Origin: Eledone cirrhosa
Taxonomy: Eukaryota
Length of the DNA: 64,000 nt
Direction of reading: 5' to 3'
Assembly (NCBI GenBank): GCA_964016885.1
Contig: OZ024740.1
Location: 425,878,001 to 425,942,000, forward strand
Both the position numbers and the translations under genes were made by a program. Below are positions 25,439 through 39,890 of the stretch, piece by piece (position 1 is the first letter of the stretch; the number at the start of each line of letters is the position of its first letter). Below the pieces are notes generated by a model that saw only the letters and a program-made list of their open reading frames with translations, searched no databases and was not told the DNA's origin.

Positions 25439-26832
25439 GGTTTTATAAATATAGTTTTCCATTTATTTAATATTGTAAATATACTCCAAGTATTTGTCGA
25501 GTGCTTTTATATCAGTTATAAATATTTACTAGTTGTAACCCAACAATTTTAAATATAACTTTATATATATATATATATATATATATACAACTCAAATTCC
25601 GTCTGTTTTGAACAGCATCACCATTTCTAAATGAATCATCTCAAAAAAGTGAAATTGTGATCCATTGAAGAATTTTCAATGAAAAATATACTTGGATCTG
25701 GTATCTGAAACTTGGGAATCTGGGAGTTTCTATTTTATAGAATGAACGATCCTATGAGTGAGAGTTGCAGTGGAAGAGAGAAGAAAGAGACAGTTGTGAA
25801 AGAAATAAAAGAAACGGCAGTTTTCTGCATTTTGCAGACTTTTCTTCTCTTTTTCAATTCACCCATTTTTTCTGACTCGATGTATTTCATTCACGTTATG
25901 ATGCGAACCTCGTAACATTTTAACCATACCACTGTGAGTATAATGCATTGTGACATGTTCATGTGTCCTCCTGTTTGTCTGAAGTCTAACGTTTAACTAT
26001 TACTTTCTATCATGTTTTAACACAAATACATGTTTATAGTTTCTTTTCAATATTTCCTTTTTTACAAACAAACAACATTATTTTTGCAAAGTTTTCATCT
26101 ATTTACCGACGGCGAGCTCATACTAGTGCCTCTTGGTGCAGTGTGAACGATATCGATCTCTCTGCTTGACTGGTATTCATTTGCTGTCAGATAAATTATT
26201 AGCAACTTTCTGTTATCTTCTGTGTGTCACAGTTGAGAGTTTAGAGCTAAAGAATCGCCGGTCAATATCGCCTCAACAGTGGTATATGTCTTCATAGTAA
26301 AAACAACTAAATGGCCCAGTTGAAAAATAGCTATTGCTAAGGAAAGGATATACCAGTTTATCTTTCCTTAAATCACTTGATGGATACAAAAATCTTCTCT
26401 GCTATCCTGGCTCGCTAATTGGTTTTATAAAATTACTTGTATCATATATCACTTCGAAAGAAATAATCTAGTGTGTATATTTTCTAATTTAGCAAATGGA
26501 TATATCTTTCTAATCTCTCATCGTAGCTTATCTGTTATATATTGTATCCTATAATTTCTTTCTTCAGTAGTATTCTCAAGTGACAAAACCATGTGTTGGC
26601 AGAAACGGTAGAACGTCAGATTAAATACAAATCACAATTTAGTCGTTCTCTGCTTCTACGGTGTGAATAAATCGTGGGTCACTCCTTCTTTTCGTCACTC
26701 CAAAGTAATACATATATATCACCCACCTCCCTCACCTTGTTTCTCACCCAACCCCCTTTTTTTCTTAACTTCTTTTCCTAACCTTCTAAACCTACTCATA
26801 GGTCTATCTGTTCTCTCCTTATCCGTACTATC

Positions 26833-26862
26833 CTGAAGAAGGACGTCTGTCCGAAACATTGA
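26833..26862 (+). ncRNA. Degenerate HHR-like core (old PLE 3' remnant?)
   Basis: CTGAAGA-A-GGAC-GTCT-GTCC-GAAAC after a pyrimidine-rich tract. Stems I and III are not intact. Confidence 0.4.
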
Positions 26863-28019
26863 AACCTCCTCCGTTTCCTTCAAGCGTCAACCTAATATAA
26901 CTGTGTAATTTTGCTTCCTGTGTTTTGTTTTGTTTCATTTATTAACTATGTATATATATATAGTCAATACTCACCCTTTTTCCCATGTTTAGAGGGTTTT
27001 AAACTATCAGGCTAAAATATCTTTAGTCAAAATTACGGCGAAAGCTTCTATTTCTACTAAAAACTCCGCTCGCTGTTTCAAAACAAACTTACTTGTTATA
27101 TATATATATATATATAGATATACTTCTGAATTGATTGGTAGTGGTAGACAGAATATTTTACTCCTGAAATATTTTATAAAATGTAAAATATTTATGAATA
27201 TGTTAAAAGAAATACATAGACATCAAGCCTACCACACAATGTGTACTGCCTGCAAACAATCATCGCGGAAGATTTACCTATAAAAATATTAAATGTTAAT
27301 TTTATGAAGTTTGGGGGAATTGGTTTTTTTATGGTAATGCTAACTGCTGTACCAACAAATGAACATAATCACACAATTTCAATGTATTTTGGATAAAGTG
27401 TTTAAAAAGATACTGACATTGTCAGTTTGTCCGGAACTTTCGATCCCCTCATACATTCTGTACTTCCTTCGGGTGGTTTTCTGCTAGCATGTGTAGTGTG
27501 CATATTGATATTATACACAAGTATATATACATGTAGATATGATCAAATAAAATCGTAATTGACAATATCCACAGAAATTGAACGAAGACTGCGTTACACT
27601 GTCTTATGTAATCAGTAACGTAATCCATGATACATTAAACAAAGACGATATTATATATAAACTGCATTAGGAGAAAATTAGTGACGGAAATATATGAATG
27701 TTTATTTAAGCGATCGCTAACCGGAAGTGTTGACATTTGAAAATTTTAAAGAAGTGAATCTTTAAATAAACCATAAAATATATTTAATCAAGAGCTACGA
27801 AATTTAGTAGATAAATTATGTAATATTCATTTATTATTTATTCAAAGTAATCCAACTTATTTTACTAATGGGATAAAAAAAATTATAAACCGTACGCAGT
27901 CCCGCACTCCTTACTTTATTATAGTTTAAGTTATCTGCTCCTATGGAAAATCACTCCTACCTCCGTGTAAAAGCTGTGACATTCAACTGAGAACGTAGAT
28001 ACTTACATTCATTATACGA

Positions 28020-30230
28020 CGTATTTCATTATATAAACGAAAAGGCATATGTCCGCATTCCACGGGATCAGCTGTGGAAGGTTCTGCAGGAGCTCTGTAT
28101 AAACGTCACGAATAAATATGTATATGTTAAACGCACAAAAATGTACTGGTTTGTGTTGTAGGTGCTTAAACTATTCAAATATAACTTTGGCAGAATCTTT
28201 GACTTCCAAAGATCCTGAGCAAAATTGAAATTAATCTGAAGACATGAGCTCTTATGCCAGTGTGTAGTGTCCCCACATGGACAAAGCTACCGGATATCCA
28301 AATCTTCCAGTTATCTGTCAAACAGTTCATTGTGTCACAAGCAATTATCAAATCACCAAAGACTTCATGCAATGCATTGTTCTCTTCCATAGCCCCATGC
28401 CCAACTTTCAGTAGATCAAATATGAGTACCTTCCCGACTATAACAAGTACTGGAATCCCTCGATGGTCTCTGCATTCAGTCATTGTATTCTCTTTTATGA
28501 TACTACCAATTTCCAAGTCTTTTGGGACCAGCCCTCATACGATTCCAGCATTTACTTATATGAAAATATTTAAAGAATTTTATTCTCCAATTGTATACAC
28601 ATTTTCTGGCATCTTGTTCACTCCTGACAACTTTTCATCTGAAAGTGACTTACCTGGTGGTAAATATCGTCTCTTCTGAACATGATGGGTCATTCATTGT
28701 TACATCGGTTTTGCAATGTGTACTATTTTCCAAAGTTCCCTGATCGTTCGGTCCGGGAGCATCAAACAATTGCTGGAGATGCATTGCATTGCGGCCTATT
28801 AGTTCTCCTTTTCCATGGAACACTTTGGATCAATCAGTTGACATCAGCTGACGGGATTTCACTTCAGGTCTATGATCCGAATACACGATTCAAATTCTAC
28901 GGAAGTCACTGAAATCAGCAACAATTTCCAATTTCATCGCTTTGTGACACTACAATTTCACCTTCATTTTGCAGGTGTACTATTGCTGTTTGATCTAGCC
29001 TGTAGGATCTGGATTTAGCAGAACATGAAGGTGTTGGCCGCTTGGGGACATATATAGTTGCGATATCACTGACAGCGAAGCAAGAGTAGTATCCTTGCAA
29101 ACAAAAGAAAACCTCGATACTTCTATGTGGCTAGTTTAATGCGCTTCAATGTTATAGTGCTCTTCCATCTGTAGATTGTCGTGAAAGCTATTTTCTACTG
29201 AAGCCTTTCATTGTTTGTGTTACAGTTTGTCCCTCTCCTCATTCCTGTAATCTCTACATCATATATGTCTTTATGTCTAGTTTTTAACTAATCTAGGATG
29301 CGGAAAATAGATTCAAAACTGTATATATCCATGTAACTTCTGTACTTCTTTTTGTTTGAATATAGTGTTGGCAATGATGTTCTTGGAGTAGAAATCGAGA
29401 ATTCCACCTCCACAGACCATGGTGCCAATAGCACTTGGCAATGTTTCTGCTTATCTTTAAACAAAGACATTGAAATCGTTCAGTTCTATCATCCTGTCAC
29501 TCTAGAGAAAACTACAGAATTCATTTGCAGAATACCATAGACCTTCTCATTTGTATCATCATATTTGGTCATTGTAGGAGTATAAATACTAATCAAGGTA
29601 GAATACCATCTCTCTCTGAAGGGGACACTCGTAGTCTGTTCACTATTAACAGTTAATTATTGGTTATATTTCATTATAATTTGGCAGTATCGGTAGAAGG
29701 TCGGACGCCATGCTTAGCAGCAAAGAGTTACGTCCCTTTACGGTCCGAGTTCAATTCCCGCCGAGGTTAACTTTGCCTTTCATCCTTACGGGGGTCGAAA
29801 AAATAAAGTACCAGTAATGTACTGGGTAATTGCTGGCCTTGTGCCAAAAGTAGAAACAATTATAATATTGTTTGTTATGACAAAGTCAATACAAGACATG
29901 TGTTTCGCCTCTACTGATTTAACGTTATAACATAATATATACTTCTCCCGTATATTGTCATATTCTGCCGTCTAAAATAATGTATACTTCTCCCGTATAT
30001 TGTCATATTCTGCCGTCTAAAATAATGTGTACTTCTCCCGTATATTGTCATATTCTGCCGGCTGGTTTTCATAAGAACACCTATATCAATGTTGTATCTT
30101 TTCAGGTCTAATTCCACAAATGTTGTGTGCCTCCCTGATCGTCAGTCTCCCCAATGTCTACTACAATTAAACCAGATAAAGGCTCATTTTCTTGTATATA
30201 GCGGGAGAAAGCCATCGTTACTCGTAGTAA
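28020..30230 (-). pseudogene. Heavily decayed RTE-like LINE (APE to RT), interrupted by a SINE and a 45-bp tandem duplication (29939-30060)
   Basis: Fragments ELDLKRYNIDIGVL, LISIYTPTM and HRGIPVLVIVGKVL in different frames; boundaries approximate. Confidence 0.6.
29681..29860 (+). mobile_element. tRNA-derived SINE (family 2)
   Basis: B-box gagttcaattccc plus the conserved body gaggttaactttgcctttcatccttacgggggtcga..aaagtaccag. Confidence 0.8.
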
Positions 30231-30687
30231 ATTGAGAGTGGATAGATCCGGTATACTTTTATTTCTTAAGCCTGATTACAAAGGTTAAATGTTAGCAGCG
30301 ATTATATTATATCACAGAGAACTAGTATGGAAAAGTAAGGAAAGCAGGCAAGGGTGGACTGAAATATGCTCATAGTACTATCATTGAAACAGAGGGGCTG
30401 TAGACTTCCAGAGTGCGATGAATATCCTTCCATTTGAGGTAATGTCACAGAGTACCTAGCAGGTATTTGATAACTTTGGACTATTTTGTGTTCATTCACC
30501 TGTGTTTTGGGCAGGTTATATTTTTCCGCTCACAGAGGACCAAAGAATTGGTCTCCTATTAAACAAGCTTAGTGTGGTTGTCGGTTTTGTTGCAGATTAC
30601 TCGACCGTGGAAAGGTTATGTTACCTTGTAGGGTTACATGATAATCAGTTGAAGATCTCTCCTTATCAGATTTCTAACCTGATAGCG

Positions 30688-30778
<91 letters not shown>

Positions 30779-30872
30779 ATCTATGTGTGCTTGCATAGTG
30801 TAATGTTTATGCATTAAATTCACACAAGTTTGGAGTGTATTCATTTGTTTGTCGAGACATGAATACAACGAG

Positions 30873-30969
<97 letters not shown>

Positions 30970-31312
30970 CATGTGTATACGCACACCTAGTTGCACGCTT
31001 TCTACACACGCACACGACAAATATATACGCAACTCATCACTTTCCTTCTACACATATATATATCATGCTCACGCTTATATACAACAACGCTAGGAAATGT
31101 TAGACCCTCTCAGCCACTCCAATCTCTCACAGTGTTACATGCAATGACATAGACATATGCTTACACTCCTCATTCTGGTGCCACCTCATATGACACTGTT
31201 TTCCCCAAATATCACATCTCTTCCTTTACCTTACTTCCTATTTAATTCTCTATAATCTACTGTGATGTATTTCTACTGCAAGGCTTTTTATATGAAATCG
31301 TGTTTTTAAACA

Positions 31313-31484
31313 GTTATATTTGGGGAGGGTAATGTCGTCCTAATATTGCCAGAAAAATTAGTAAATCACACTCACTGTTTGGTTTGATTTTCGTTTCAAT
31401 ATTTATAGAACACCAAACCAAACAGTGTGTTTTACTATATTTTTCTGGCAATATTAGGACGACATTTCCCTCCCCAAATATAAC
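31313..31484. repeat. About 72-bp imperfect inverted repeat (MITE-like or fold-back)
   Basis: gttatatttggggaggg..tttggtttg pairs with caaaccaaa..ccctccccaaatataac. Confidence 0.75.
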
Positions 31485-31814
31485 AATTCTCTTCTCTCAA
31501 ATAAAGGTCTAACATCTGAAAGGTTAAGAACATTAATGGCATTCATACTTTTTCATTTCAAGACTTAAAACAAATCCCATTTTGTTGTACTGTGTTCTTT
31601 ATGTGTTACGTTTTAAAAATAATTTTTTTTTTATTTTTTCAGTGCTTTTAACTTTGTAGGTATACTACACCAGAAACTAAAATTAGATAGAAGATCATCA
31701 ACCGATAAATGATTTGTATTATACAGAAACCTGAACAGAAATTGGCGATTAATTATGGAAACGATTCTTAAATGACAATTTGGTACCAAAACAAGTATCT
31801 GATAAGGTAATACT

Positions 31815-31963
31815 ATCTATCGGTCGCAACTCCAGGTAGAAGGAGCAACGTGAAATTAAGTGTCTTGCTCAAGGACATAACGCATCGACTGGTCCAGGAA
31901 TCGAACTCACAACCTCACGATTGCGAATCCAACTCTCTAACCACTGAGCCACACGCCTTCACT
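31815..31963 (-). mobile_element. tRNA-derived SINE (family 1)
   Basis: Near-copy of 5020-5165. Confidence 0.8.
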
Positions 31964-32052
31964 AAATATATATATATATATGTATATATATACATACTGT
32001 ATATATAGTAAGAGAAAACAAACAGCGCTTATAACATCAATCAATTTTTATT

Positions 32053-32083
32053 CGCTGACTGTGTTTCATGACTCATCAGAGCG
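32053..32083 (-). ncRNA. Ultra-minimal HHR-like motif
   Basis: CGCT-CTGATGA-GTCAT-GAAA-CACA-GTC-AGCG. Confidence 0.65.
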
Positions 32084-32544
32084 TTGAAAACCTACATCAT
32101 AAGAACAATAGATATATGGTACAGGATCATAGGATAATAGTGAGAATTATTTATTATTATTTATTATTATTTATTTTTAATTTTTAATTTTTTAATTATT
32201 GTTTAATTAATTATTATTATTTTTTATTTTTTATTTTTTATTTATTTTTTTATTATTATTTTTTTTTAAATTTAAATTTTAATTATTTTTGCGTATTCTT
32301 TCTTTATTCTTTATCGCCTTGACTGATTCCTTCACATGCATCTATCTCTTGTGTGATTACTTCAGTTTATTTTATTTTTCCTTATTTTCCCTTATTTTTC
32401 CTTATTTTTCCTTACTCTGACTAACAACCCTATTATGTATCATCTCCATTCTCACTATTATCCTATGATCCTGTACCATATATCTATTGTTCTTATGATG
32501 TAGGTCGGTAGAGATTATCTTCATTATTGTATTTTTGTTATCAA

Positions 32545-32591
32545 CGCTCTGATGAGTCCTGCGCCATGGTATGGATGAAACACTATCAGCG
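32545..32591 (+). ncRNA. HHR motif with mutated stem III
   Basis: CGCT-CTGATGA-GTCC..GGAT-GAAA-CACT-ATC-AGCG. Confidence 0.65.
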
Positions 32592-32772
32592 AATAAAAAT
32601 TGATTGATGTTATAAGCGCTCTTTGTTTTCTCATACTATAACGGCTCTGTTTTCGTACATTGAGCTAACAAGATACTGTCACAAGTAATACACAGTACTG
32701 GGAGGGGGTTATTTTTTACACATACGTTCTGCTGTCTAAGCATAATATATATATATATATATATATACACAC

Positions 32773-32880
<108 letters not shown>

Positions 32881-33136
32881 AATTATTATCATCTCGTCTC
32901 GTCAGCGCTACTGGTAACATGTACACCATTATAATTTCACAAATTGTTTCCCAATAGAGAGAGTCGGTTTCTAACATAGACACAATACTCTCTCATTGGG
33001 ATTTACACAACATCAACTAGGTAGAGATGTATGCATGTGTAGCTATGGATGTTATTGTATGTGTGGATGTGTATGTTTTGAGTTGTATGTGTGCATGTGT
33101 ATATGCTTTGTATCTGTACATGTGTATATGCAGTTA

Positions 33137-33392
33137 TTAGATGCAGAATGTTTTGAATGTTTTACATATTTTTGCTGATCCATTAATGGATTGTACTTGT
33201 AATTTCCTAACTAGTTGTGTTCTTTCTGTTCCTGTGAAGCCTAGCTTCTCAAGATTTGTATTGAGGCAGTTACTAACATATCCCAGTGCCCCAATAATCA
33301 CAGGCATAAATCTGAAGGTGTAATCAGGGTGGAGTATCTGCAGATTTCTCATCAGTTCTACATAAATATTCTCCTTTTCGCTAATCCTTGAT
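33137..33392 (-). pseudogene. 3' fragment of an R4/Dong-like (restriction-like endonuclease) non-LTR element
   Basis: FRFMPVIIGALGYVSNCLNTNLEKLGF matches the PVIIGALG C-terminal signature. Confidence 0.65.
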
Positions 33393-33892
33393 ATTATGTA
33401 TGTACGTACGTACGTATGTATGTACGTATGTATGTATGTATGTATGTATGTATGTATGTATGTATGTATGTATGTATGTATGTATGTATGTATGAATGTA
33501 TGTTTATGCTATTTAATCGAGTGCATGCGTAAACCTGGGACAAACTAATCTTCACACAATTTGACATCACCCTCGGTGTCATTGGCCTCAAGTCAGCATG
33601 TATCTGAGATATTTATAGCTGAGAATTAGTAAAGAAAGAAGCAATAGAGAAGAGTGACGCAATGAGCTGACATTTGTTCCACCTTCCCGCTGAGTCCTAT
33701 ACACAGTAACCAGTGCTTGTCACTCATTATAACAACAATAAACACGGAAGCTATTCACTGCTAAAAATTATGGATTATTATTTTTGTTTAATTTAAATAA
33801 AAAGGGAAACATTGTCAAACGTTTGTCTACTAACACACATTAACGTGCTTTCTTCTCTCTCTCTCTCTCTCTCTCTCAACATTTGTCTGTCC

Positions 33893-33973
<81 letters not shown>

Positions 33974-34104
33974 TCATTGTCTCTTGTTCTACCGTGTTCG
34001 GAGTTTCGATTTCGATCTCATTGTTCGACACATTGGACAGGACGGCACTACATGGCCTTCATTTTATAAGGTTTTGCACGTTTATGGACGGAAACCGTGA
34101 TGGA

Positions 34105-34193
<89 letters not shown>

Positions 34194-36654
34194 AGTGTGT
34201 ATACGTGTATGTGTGTGTGTGTGTTTCTGTGAGTGTGTATTTGTGTGTGTATATGTGTATGTGTTTGTGTATGTGTCTGTGTGTATGCACGTATATGTAT
34301 GTGTGTGTGTGTATTTTACTGTGAGTGTGTATTTGTGTGGGTGAGTGTGTTTTGTGTCGGTGATTGTGTGTACGCGTATATGTGTGTGTATATTTGTGTA
34401 ATTGTTTGTATGTGTGTGTATGGGAGGTATGTTTGAGATAGGAAGATGGAGACTGTTTCAAACTTGTCGGACTGACGTTCCCTGGCAATCTACAGTCTAA
34501 CCTTGTCCCACACTATGTCACTGGAGCTCGTTGAGGATTGTCTTAAGGGTACACGGGTCTGTTGTATGCATGTTAAATTCAGAAGAAAATATTTCTGTTA
34601 ATCGAACAAATGGGACAGCAATGGTCTTAAACAATGGAAGTCAATGTTACACCTCCAACACACACACGCACGCACACACCCCCCCCCCCCCCACCCCCCC
34701 CCCCCCCCACACACACACACATACACATGTATATATTCTATATATTTGAATTAGAGCTTTCGCCATATTTTTACTACAGAAAATAACATAAATTGCAAAG
34801 GAACAGAAAAAAAAAAAAAAACCACACAAACCTTCCCACTCCCTCTTCCACACACATTCACTCCTTTATTTATACATAACACAAGTCACGAAGATCACTG
34901 ATATAAATACAACGCTGCCCACCCAGCGTCTAGCTCACTCAATGAATCTGGTGAATTGCAGTACTGCAGCTGCAATCAACTGTTCAGAGTGCACACATTT
35001 AGTTAACTGTAGACAGTCGGCTGTGTTTATCTAGAAATAGATGTAAATATCTCATCTCCTGGACGACATCGTTTCTGTGTAATATAACTTTAAAATTACA
35101 GATATTACTTCTGCAATGTTCAGAAAATCACGCAAAATTAGCTGATATTTACGTAATCGGGCTATTACACGTCTTCAGCAGAGTTTCCCAAATCATAGAT
35201 AGTTCCGTGCAGTGTGAGATAGTCTTCACTATTGGATAAGCTATCTGGCAGTTCACCGCAATATCTCACTCCGCCTCTAATGAAAAAGGAAGAATCTCTC
35301 GCAGTCCATAACACGTGGTTTTGGTAGATGCATTCAAACAAAGATATTCGCGCCTAAACGAAGAACTTATCCGGTTTCTAGTATATGTGCATACATACAT
35401 AACGAAGTTCAGGAATATATACACACATACAAGCAAATTAAATCTGATTTTTGAATTTATTTATACATTTGTAAAGAACAAAGATAAACATGTATTTTAA
35501 TTGAAGCATTTAACTGATTTACGACCGTTTCATTAAACGGACAAGAATATTCCATTCTCGTTAGAATAACTCCTCAAAATAGATCAAATACAAATAAATA
35601 AATACCTTACATGTTCAAGAATTCCAATGAATGAGTGAATAACGTAAACAATAGCATTCAAATATTGTTGGAGAAACATTAAAATTTATGGAAGCCTAAA
35701 GATATAATTAGAATTTATCGGTAATAAAAAATGAATTGTAATGTTCAGTAATTATAGATATTTTACGAAATGCCATACATTGATACACATATACTACGCA
35801 GTAAAATAGACTTGGAGGTAAACAACTAGAACATATAAATTCAATTACACTTATTAATTGAAGTTATAAAATTAAAATTATTAGAACATTCTAGGAAAAA
35901 CAATAAACATTTATGGAAGTATTCATATATAATATAACAGACACAAACATAATGCGAAGCACATTTCATTTAGGAAGTTTTACTCTACTCTGGGTTAAAA
36001 ATCCGTGATTGCGAAGCACCCTTCATACCTACACAACCCACACCTGCATATGTATTAAACGATATCTATTTGACACTGTATTTCTGTGTTTTGTTCCTTT
36101 CAGGTATGGACTGGGTGAGCCCTAGACCCACAGTAGCATGAGTTTTAGTTTAGCGTTACCGTTTAATGCTAAGATTTAAGCTTCATGGTCTTAGCGTTAA
36201 CAATTCGGTGTGCGGTTAGGGCTCAAAGTTTAAAATAATTTCGGTTAACCGGAAAATGCAACAGTTGCAGGTTTAGAGGAGCCCTTCTCACCCACGCAAT
36301 TACACTTGCAACTGAATTATACAGTATATATTTTTATACCGTATTAATGTAATATATTTCATTAACGTATGGAAGCAATGATACTTAACCCAAACAGTAT
36401 GTTGAACTTTGGATGTTGGTTTAAATTAGAATTTAAGTTCAGGACCAGGTCATAGCGTTAATATCCATGCTTTATGGTTTCAAGTTTACAATAATACGGT
36501 AAGGATTAAACTTTGAAAGATAAACTGTATTTGTGCAAGGATTCTGCTTTTTTGTTGTTGTTGTTGTTACAGCTCACCCTTATGCAGGTTTAGCTGGCCT
36601 CTTCCAAGGTATATCTCGTTGGAGGTGTCTTGGGTGATTTAATGATAGGGACCC

Positions 36655-36812
36655 CATTCCTATCATCTCATTTCTACAGCTGAGTAAACTGGAGTAACGT
36701 GAAATAAAGTGTCTTGCTCAAGGAAACAACACACCAACCGGTCCGAGAATTGAACTCACAACCTTTCGATTGCAAACCCAATGCTCTAACCACTAAGCCA
36801 TGCGCCTTCACT
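36655..36812 (-). mobile_element. tRNA-derived SINE (family 1)
   Basis: Minus strand has tggcttagtgg (A box), gagttcaattc (B box) and the family body. Confidence 0.78.
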
Positions 36813-38046
36813 AGGGATTCTGCTTTACTTATGGAGAATTTGATATTAAATATTCAAGTGTTGGAAGCATACAAATACCTTTATTTATCTCTCTACAGCT
36901 CACATACATTATCGTCATTTCCTTATTTCAAGTATTACTCCTGGACAGTTCTAATATTTGTAAGTGTTTCCTTAATTTTATATTCTCCAGTTTAATTTAA
37001 CAATTCTATTATTCATTTCATTGATCCAAATAGGAACTAAGAAAGTGAATTTTATTGGAATTTCAACTCTGAAATAGCAGACAACAGACGAGAAAATGTG
37101 GTTTAGTTATTCCACGAGTAAGTAGTAACTATTATGTAGAATTGGTGTACCATTTCCTGTGAGGAAGAATACTTGCGATAGATTGCCATGTTAACCAAAG
37201 ATGGATTTTGTTTCTCATTTGTATAATACCACTATCGTAGACTACCACAAAATTTGATGTTAAGCATTGCTCCATTGTTGAAGAGATATAATACGAACAC
37301 AAGAGGTGTTCCATTATCACTACAGTTAATTGAATGAGTAAAATAACGAAGTGAATAATTAAATAAATCAATAATTATACGAATATCTTAAATTAAATGG
37401 AAGAGGCAGTTCTAGATTAGACTAAACGGGGTTTCATCTGGCGAAAGTTCAAAACCGTAATTGAGTCCTTTATTACTGTACGTGTTTACACATCAGTGAC
37501 TATTACAGTATTAACTGAATGATCACTAATTAATATTGTCTTCTTACTGCACAAATCATAAAATTTAGAGGAGATAAGAAAAATATCTGGTATTTCTAAT
37601 TAAGGCAAGTTACTGTGATTCTACTAGGAATAGAACGCCATAAAACCGACTCAACAGAAGCGTCTCACTTTTTCTACATTAAGAATTCTCCTTCTTGACG
37701 CTCTTTATTTACCACTGAAGACGTTTGAGTTTATTAAAGATATTTTATAACTAAATATATTCCTGGGATGACATTTCATATAACGTTACATTTATTAATA
37801 TCTCCACGGTTTTTAAATTGGGGAGACTCACGTTTCAGGGTCACTATTATGAAATTAGTGAAGGGAGAAATATATGTATTCCCAAACCAGAAATATTACC
37901 CGAATGCTTGTAAAAGAGGTGATTAGTTTAAAGTCATCTAAGGGTCAGGAGACTACGTTAAACTGACCGAGGGATCTTGTCTAATATTCTACACAAAAGC
38001 CACAGAAATATTTGAAATAAGAAAGCCGGGAAACAGAATAAATACT

Positions 38047-38085
<39 letters not shown>

Positions 38086-38514
38086 TATCACAACAACGAA
38101 CCTCTTTACTACTACTACTACTACACACACACACATATTTGTCTTGAAAGACTTATTTTTCAGTGACTTCTCAATCAGCCGAGACAAACCTACATTTGGC
38201 GCAAAATCAATTTTTAACATTCACATGACCTCTACCGACCAATCAAAATTGTTTTGACCACAAGAATTTTTTTCAGACATCTGGAGCCACTTTTTTTTAC
38301 ATAAAACAGGTAAAATTTCCAAAACTAATCAGATTAGAGCAAACATCACGGGCGCTCTATCTCAAAATTATTTTTGAAAAGCATTAGAAATGCGCAACCG
38401 GTAAAACTTAAAACCAAAACAGAATATTAACCAATACTATTACTATTTCTTACTTATTCCTAATTAAACTAATTTTCACTGGGAACAATTTGTCAGCATT
38501 TTCTTTTCCTTTTA

Positions 38515-38551
<37 letters not shown>

Positions 38552-38699
38552 AGACACAAAGCAGGCTTTGTTTACAAACGGGGCTAGCGAATTAAAAAAT
38601 TATGTAGTAACATGTGCTTACGCCGTATTTGACTACACAGAAATAGTTTGTTAGTTGGGATTTAAAAAAAACCCCTCTGAACGGAAAAAAGGATGAGTA

Positions 38700-38776
38700 C
38701 TGACGTACATGGGACACGAACCCCCATCTTTGGTTTGCCGGGTCAATGAGTTACCATTACACCGACACGCTACCCA
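38700..38776 (-). pseudogene. tRNA-like head within a repeat (38550-38920)
   Basis: Minus strand ggtgtaatggtaac ... ggttcgtgtccc; the cloverleaf is imperfect. Confidence 0.5.
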
Positions 38777-39116
38777 TGCTTCTTTCTATTCAATTACAAT
38801 CTATACAACCATAGCAGGTATATATATGTATATAAATTGGGAGACACAGAGCAGGCTTTGTTTACAAACGGCTAGCGAATATGAAAATTAGGTAGTCAAA
38901 TGCGGCCTAAGCACATGCTACTACCTAATATATATAAATATATTAAGGACCAAATGAATTAACTGATATAAAAGATACAGAAGCGAAAAGAAACCAAATA
39001 GTGAGTGTGTTCTGTTATTAATTCTGGCAATATCATTACAACAATATGACCCTCCCCAAGTATATATATATATATATGAACGAAATATCATATATATATA
39101 TATATATGAACGAAAT

Positions 39117-39156
<40 letters not shown>

Positions 39157-39162
39157 CGAAAT

Positions 39163-39204
<42 letters not shown>

Positions 39205-39283
39205 CGAAATATCATATATATATATATGAACGAAATATCATATATATATATGAATGAAATGGCATATATATATATATATATAT

Positions 39284-39476
39284 AGGAACGAGTAGGACCC
39301 CGACGGCTGAGCTCAGGCCGTTTCGACGGATAATTCTGGACTAAACTTATCCGTCGAAACGGCTTGAGCTCAGCCGTCGGGGTCCTACTCGTTCCTATTA
39401 CCCACTCTACTACCCTAAGTATTGAGTACTTTCGTGCGTTATGGTCCACCTGGTTCCTTACCACATTTCCTTAGTT
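39284..39476 (+). mobile_element. Family D short element with 5' fold-back
   Basis: IR 39284-39333/39347-39396; GAAA-CGGCTTGAGCTCAGCCG-TC-GGGGTCC; flanked by (TA)n. Confidence 0.78.
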
Positions 39477-39723
39477 ATATATATATATATATATATGAAC
39501 GAAATATCATATATATATATATATTTATTTAGGTTTGTTGGTTCACCACTGGATAGAATTGATAATTCCGTATGGTCAGTCTTGATGTAATATTATGGAG
39601 AGTACTCAACGGAGTGCAGTTCACCCGTCTTCGTTTGTGTAGTTGGTGATGCTAATACGGAGTTAATTATTATAAATAAAATAACAGGAGGCTGGACTGG
39701 TGTAAATCCTTGAAAAGTTTATT

Positions 39724-39781
39724 ATACTATGATCATTTCAATGACCGGGTTCCGTATGAATCCGGTGATATCATCAGGTAT
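39724..39781 (-). ncRNA. Type I HHR (family J, inverted copy, intact)
   Basis: ATAC-CTGATGA-TATCACCGG..CCGGTCATT-GAAA-TGATCA-TA-GTAT. Confidence 0.78.
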
Positions 39782-39832
39782 TCGAAATATAACAAAGGAA
39801 TATATAAAATCCATGGGTTCGTTTTATTTCGA

Positions 39833-39890
39833 ATACCTGATGATATCACCGGATTCATACGGAACCCGGTCATTGAAATGATAATAGTAT
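39833..39890 (+). ncRNA. Type I HHR (family J, 5' direct copy)
   Basis: Same motif; the stem III palindrome is altered to TGATAA. Confidence 0.72.

Larger units (their letters stand above)
20122..25563 (-). mobile_element. Penelope-like retroelement PLE2 (Naiad-type), full-length ORF, inverted pseudo-LTRs
   Basis: Inverted arms about 20122-21280 and 24305-25477, HHR in each, extra tail 25478-25563, (TA)n on both sides. Confidence 0.93.
32004..32640 (+). mobile_element. Non-autonomous HHR element (family I) with inverted terminal arms
   Basis: Arms 32004-32148 and 32448-32640; HHRs at 32053-32083 (-) and 32545-32591 (+). Confidence 0.75.

Noticed and set aside
33600-35450. Possible host promoter or exon in non-repetitive, slightly GC-richer sequence
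   Set aside because: No convincing ORF, splice pattern or homology that I can recognise; needs RNA-seq.
38700-38776. Functional tRNA gene
   Set aside because: Acceptor and anticodon stems pair poorly and it lies in a repeat; treated as a SINE-like head.
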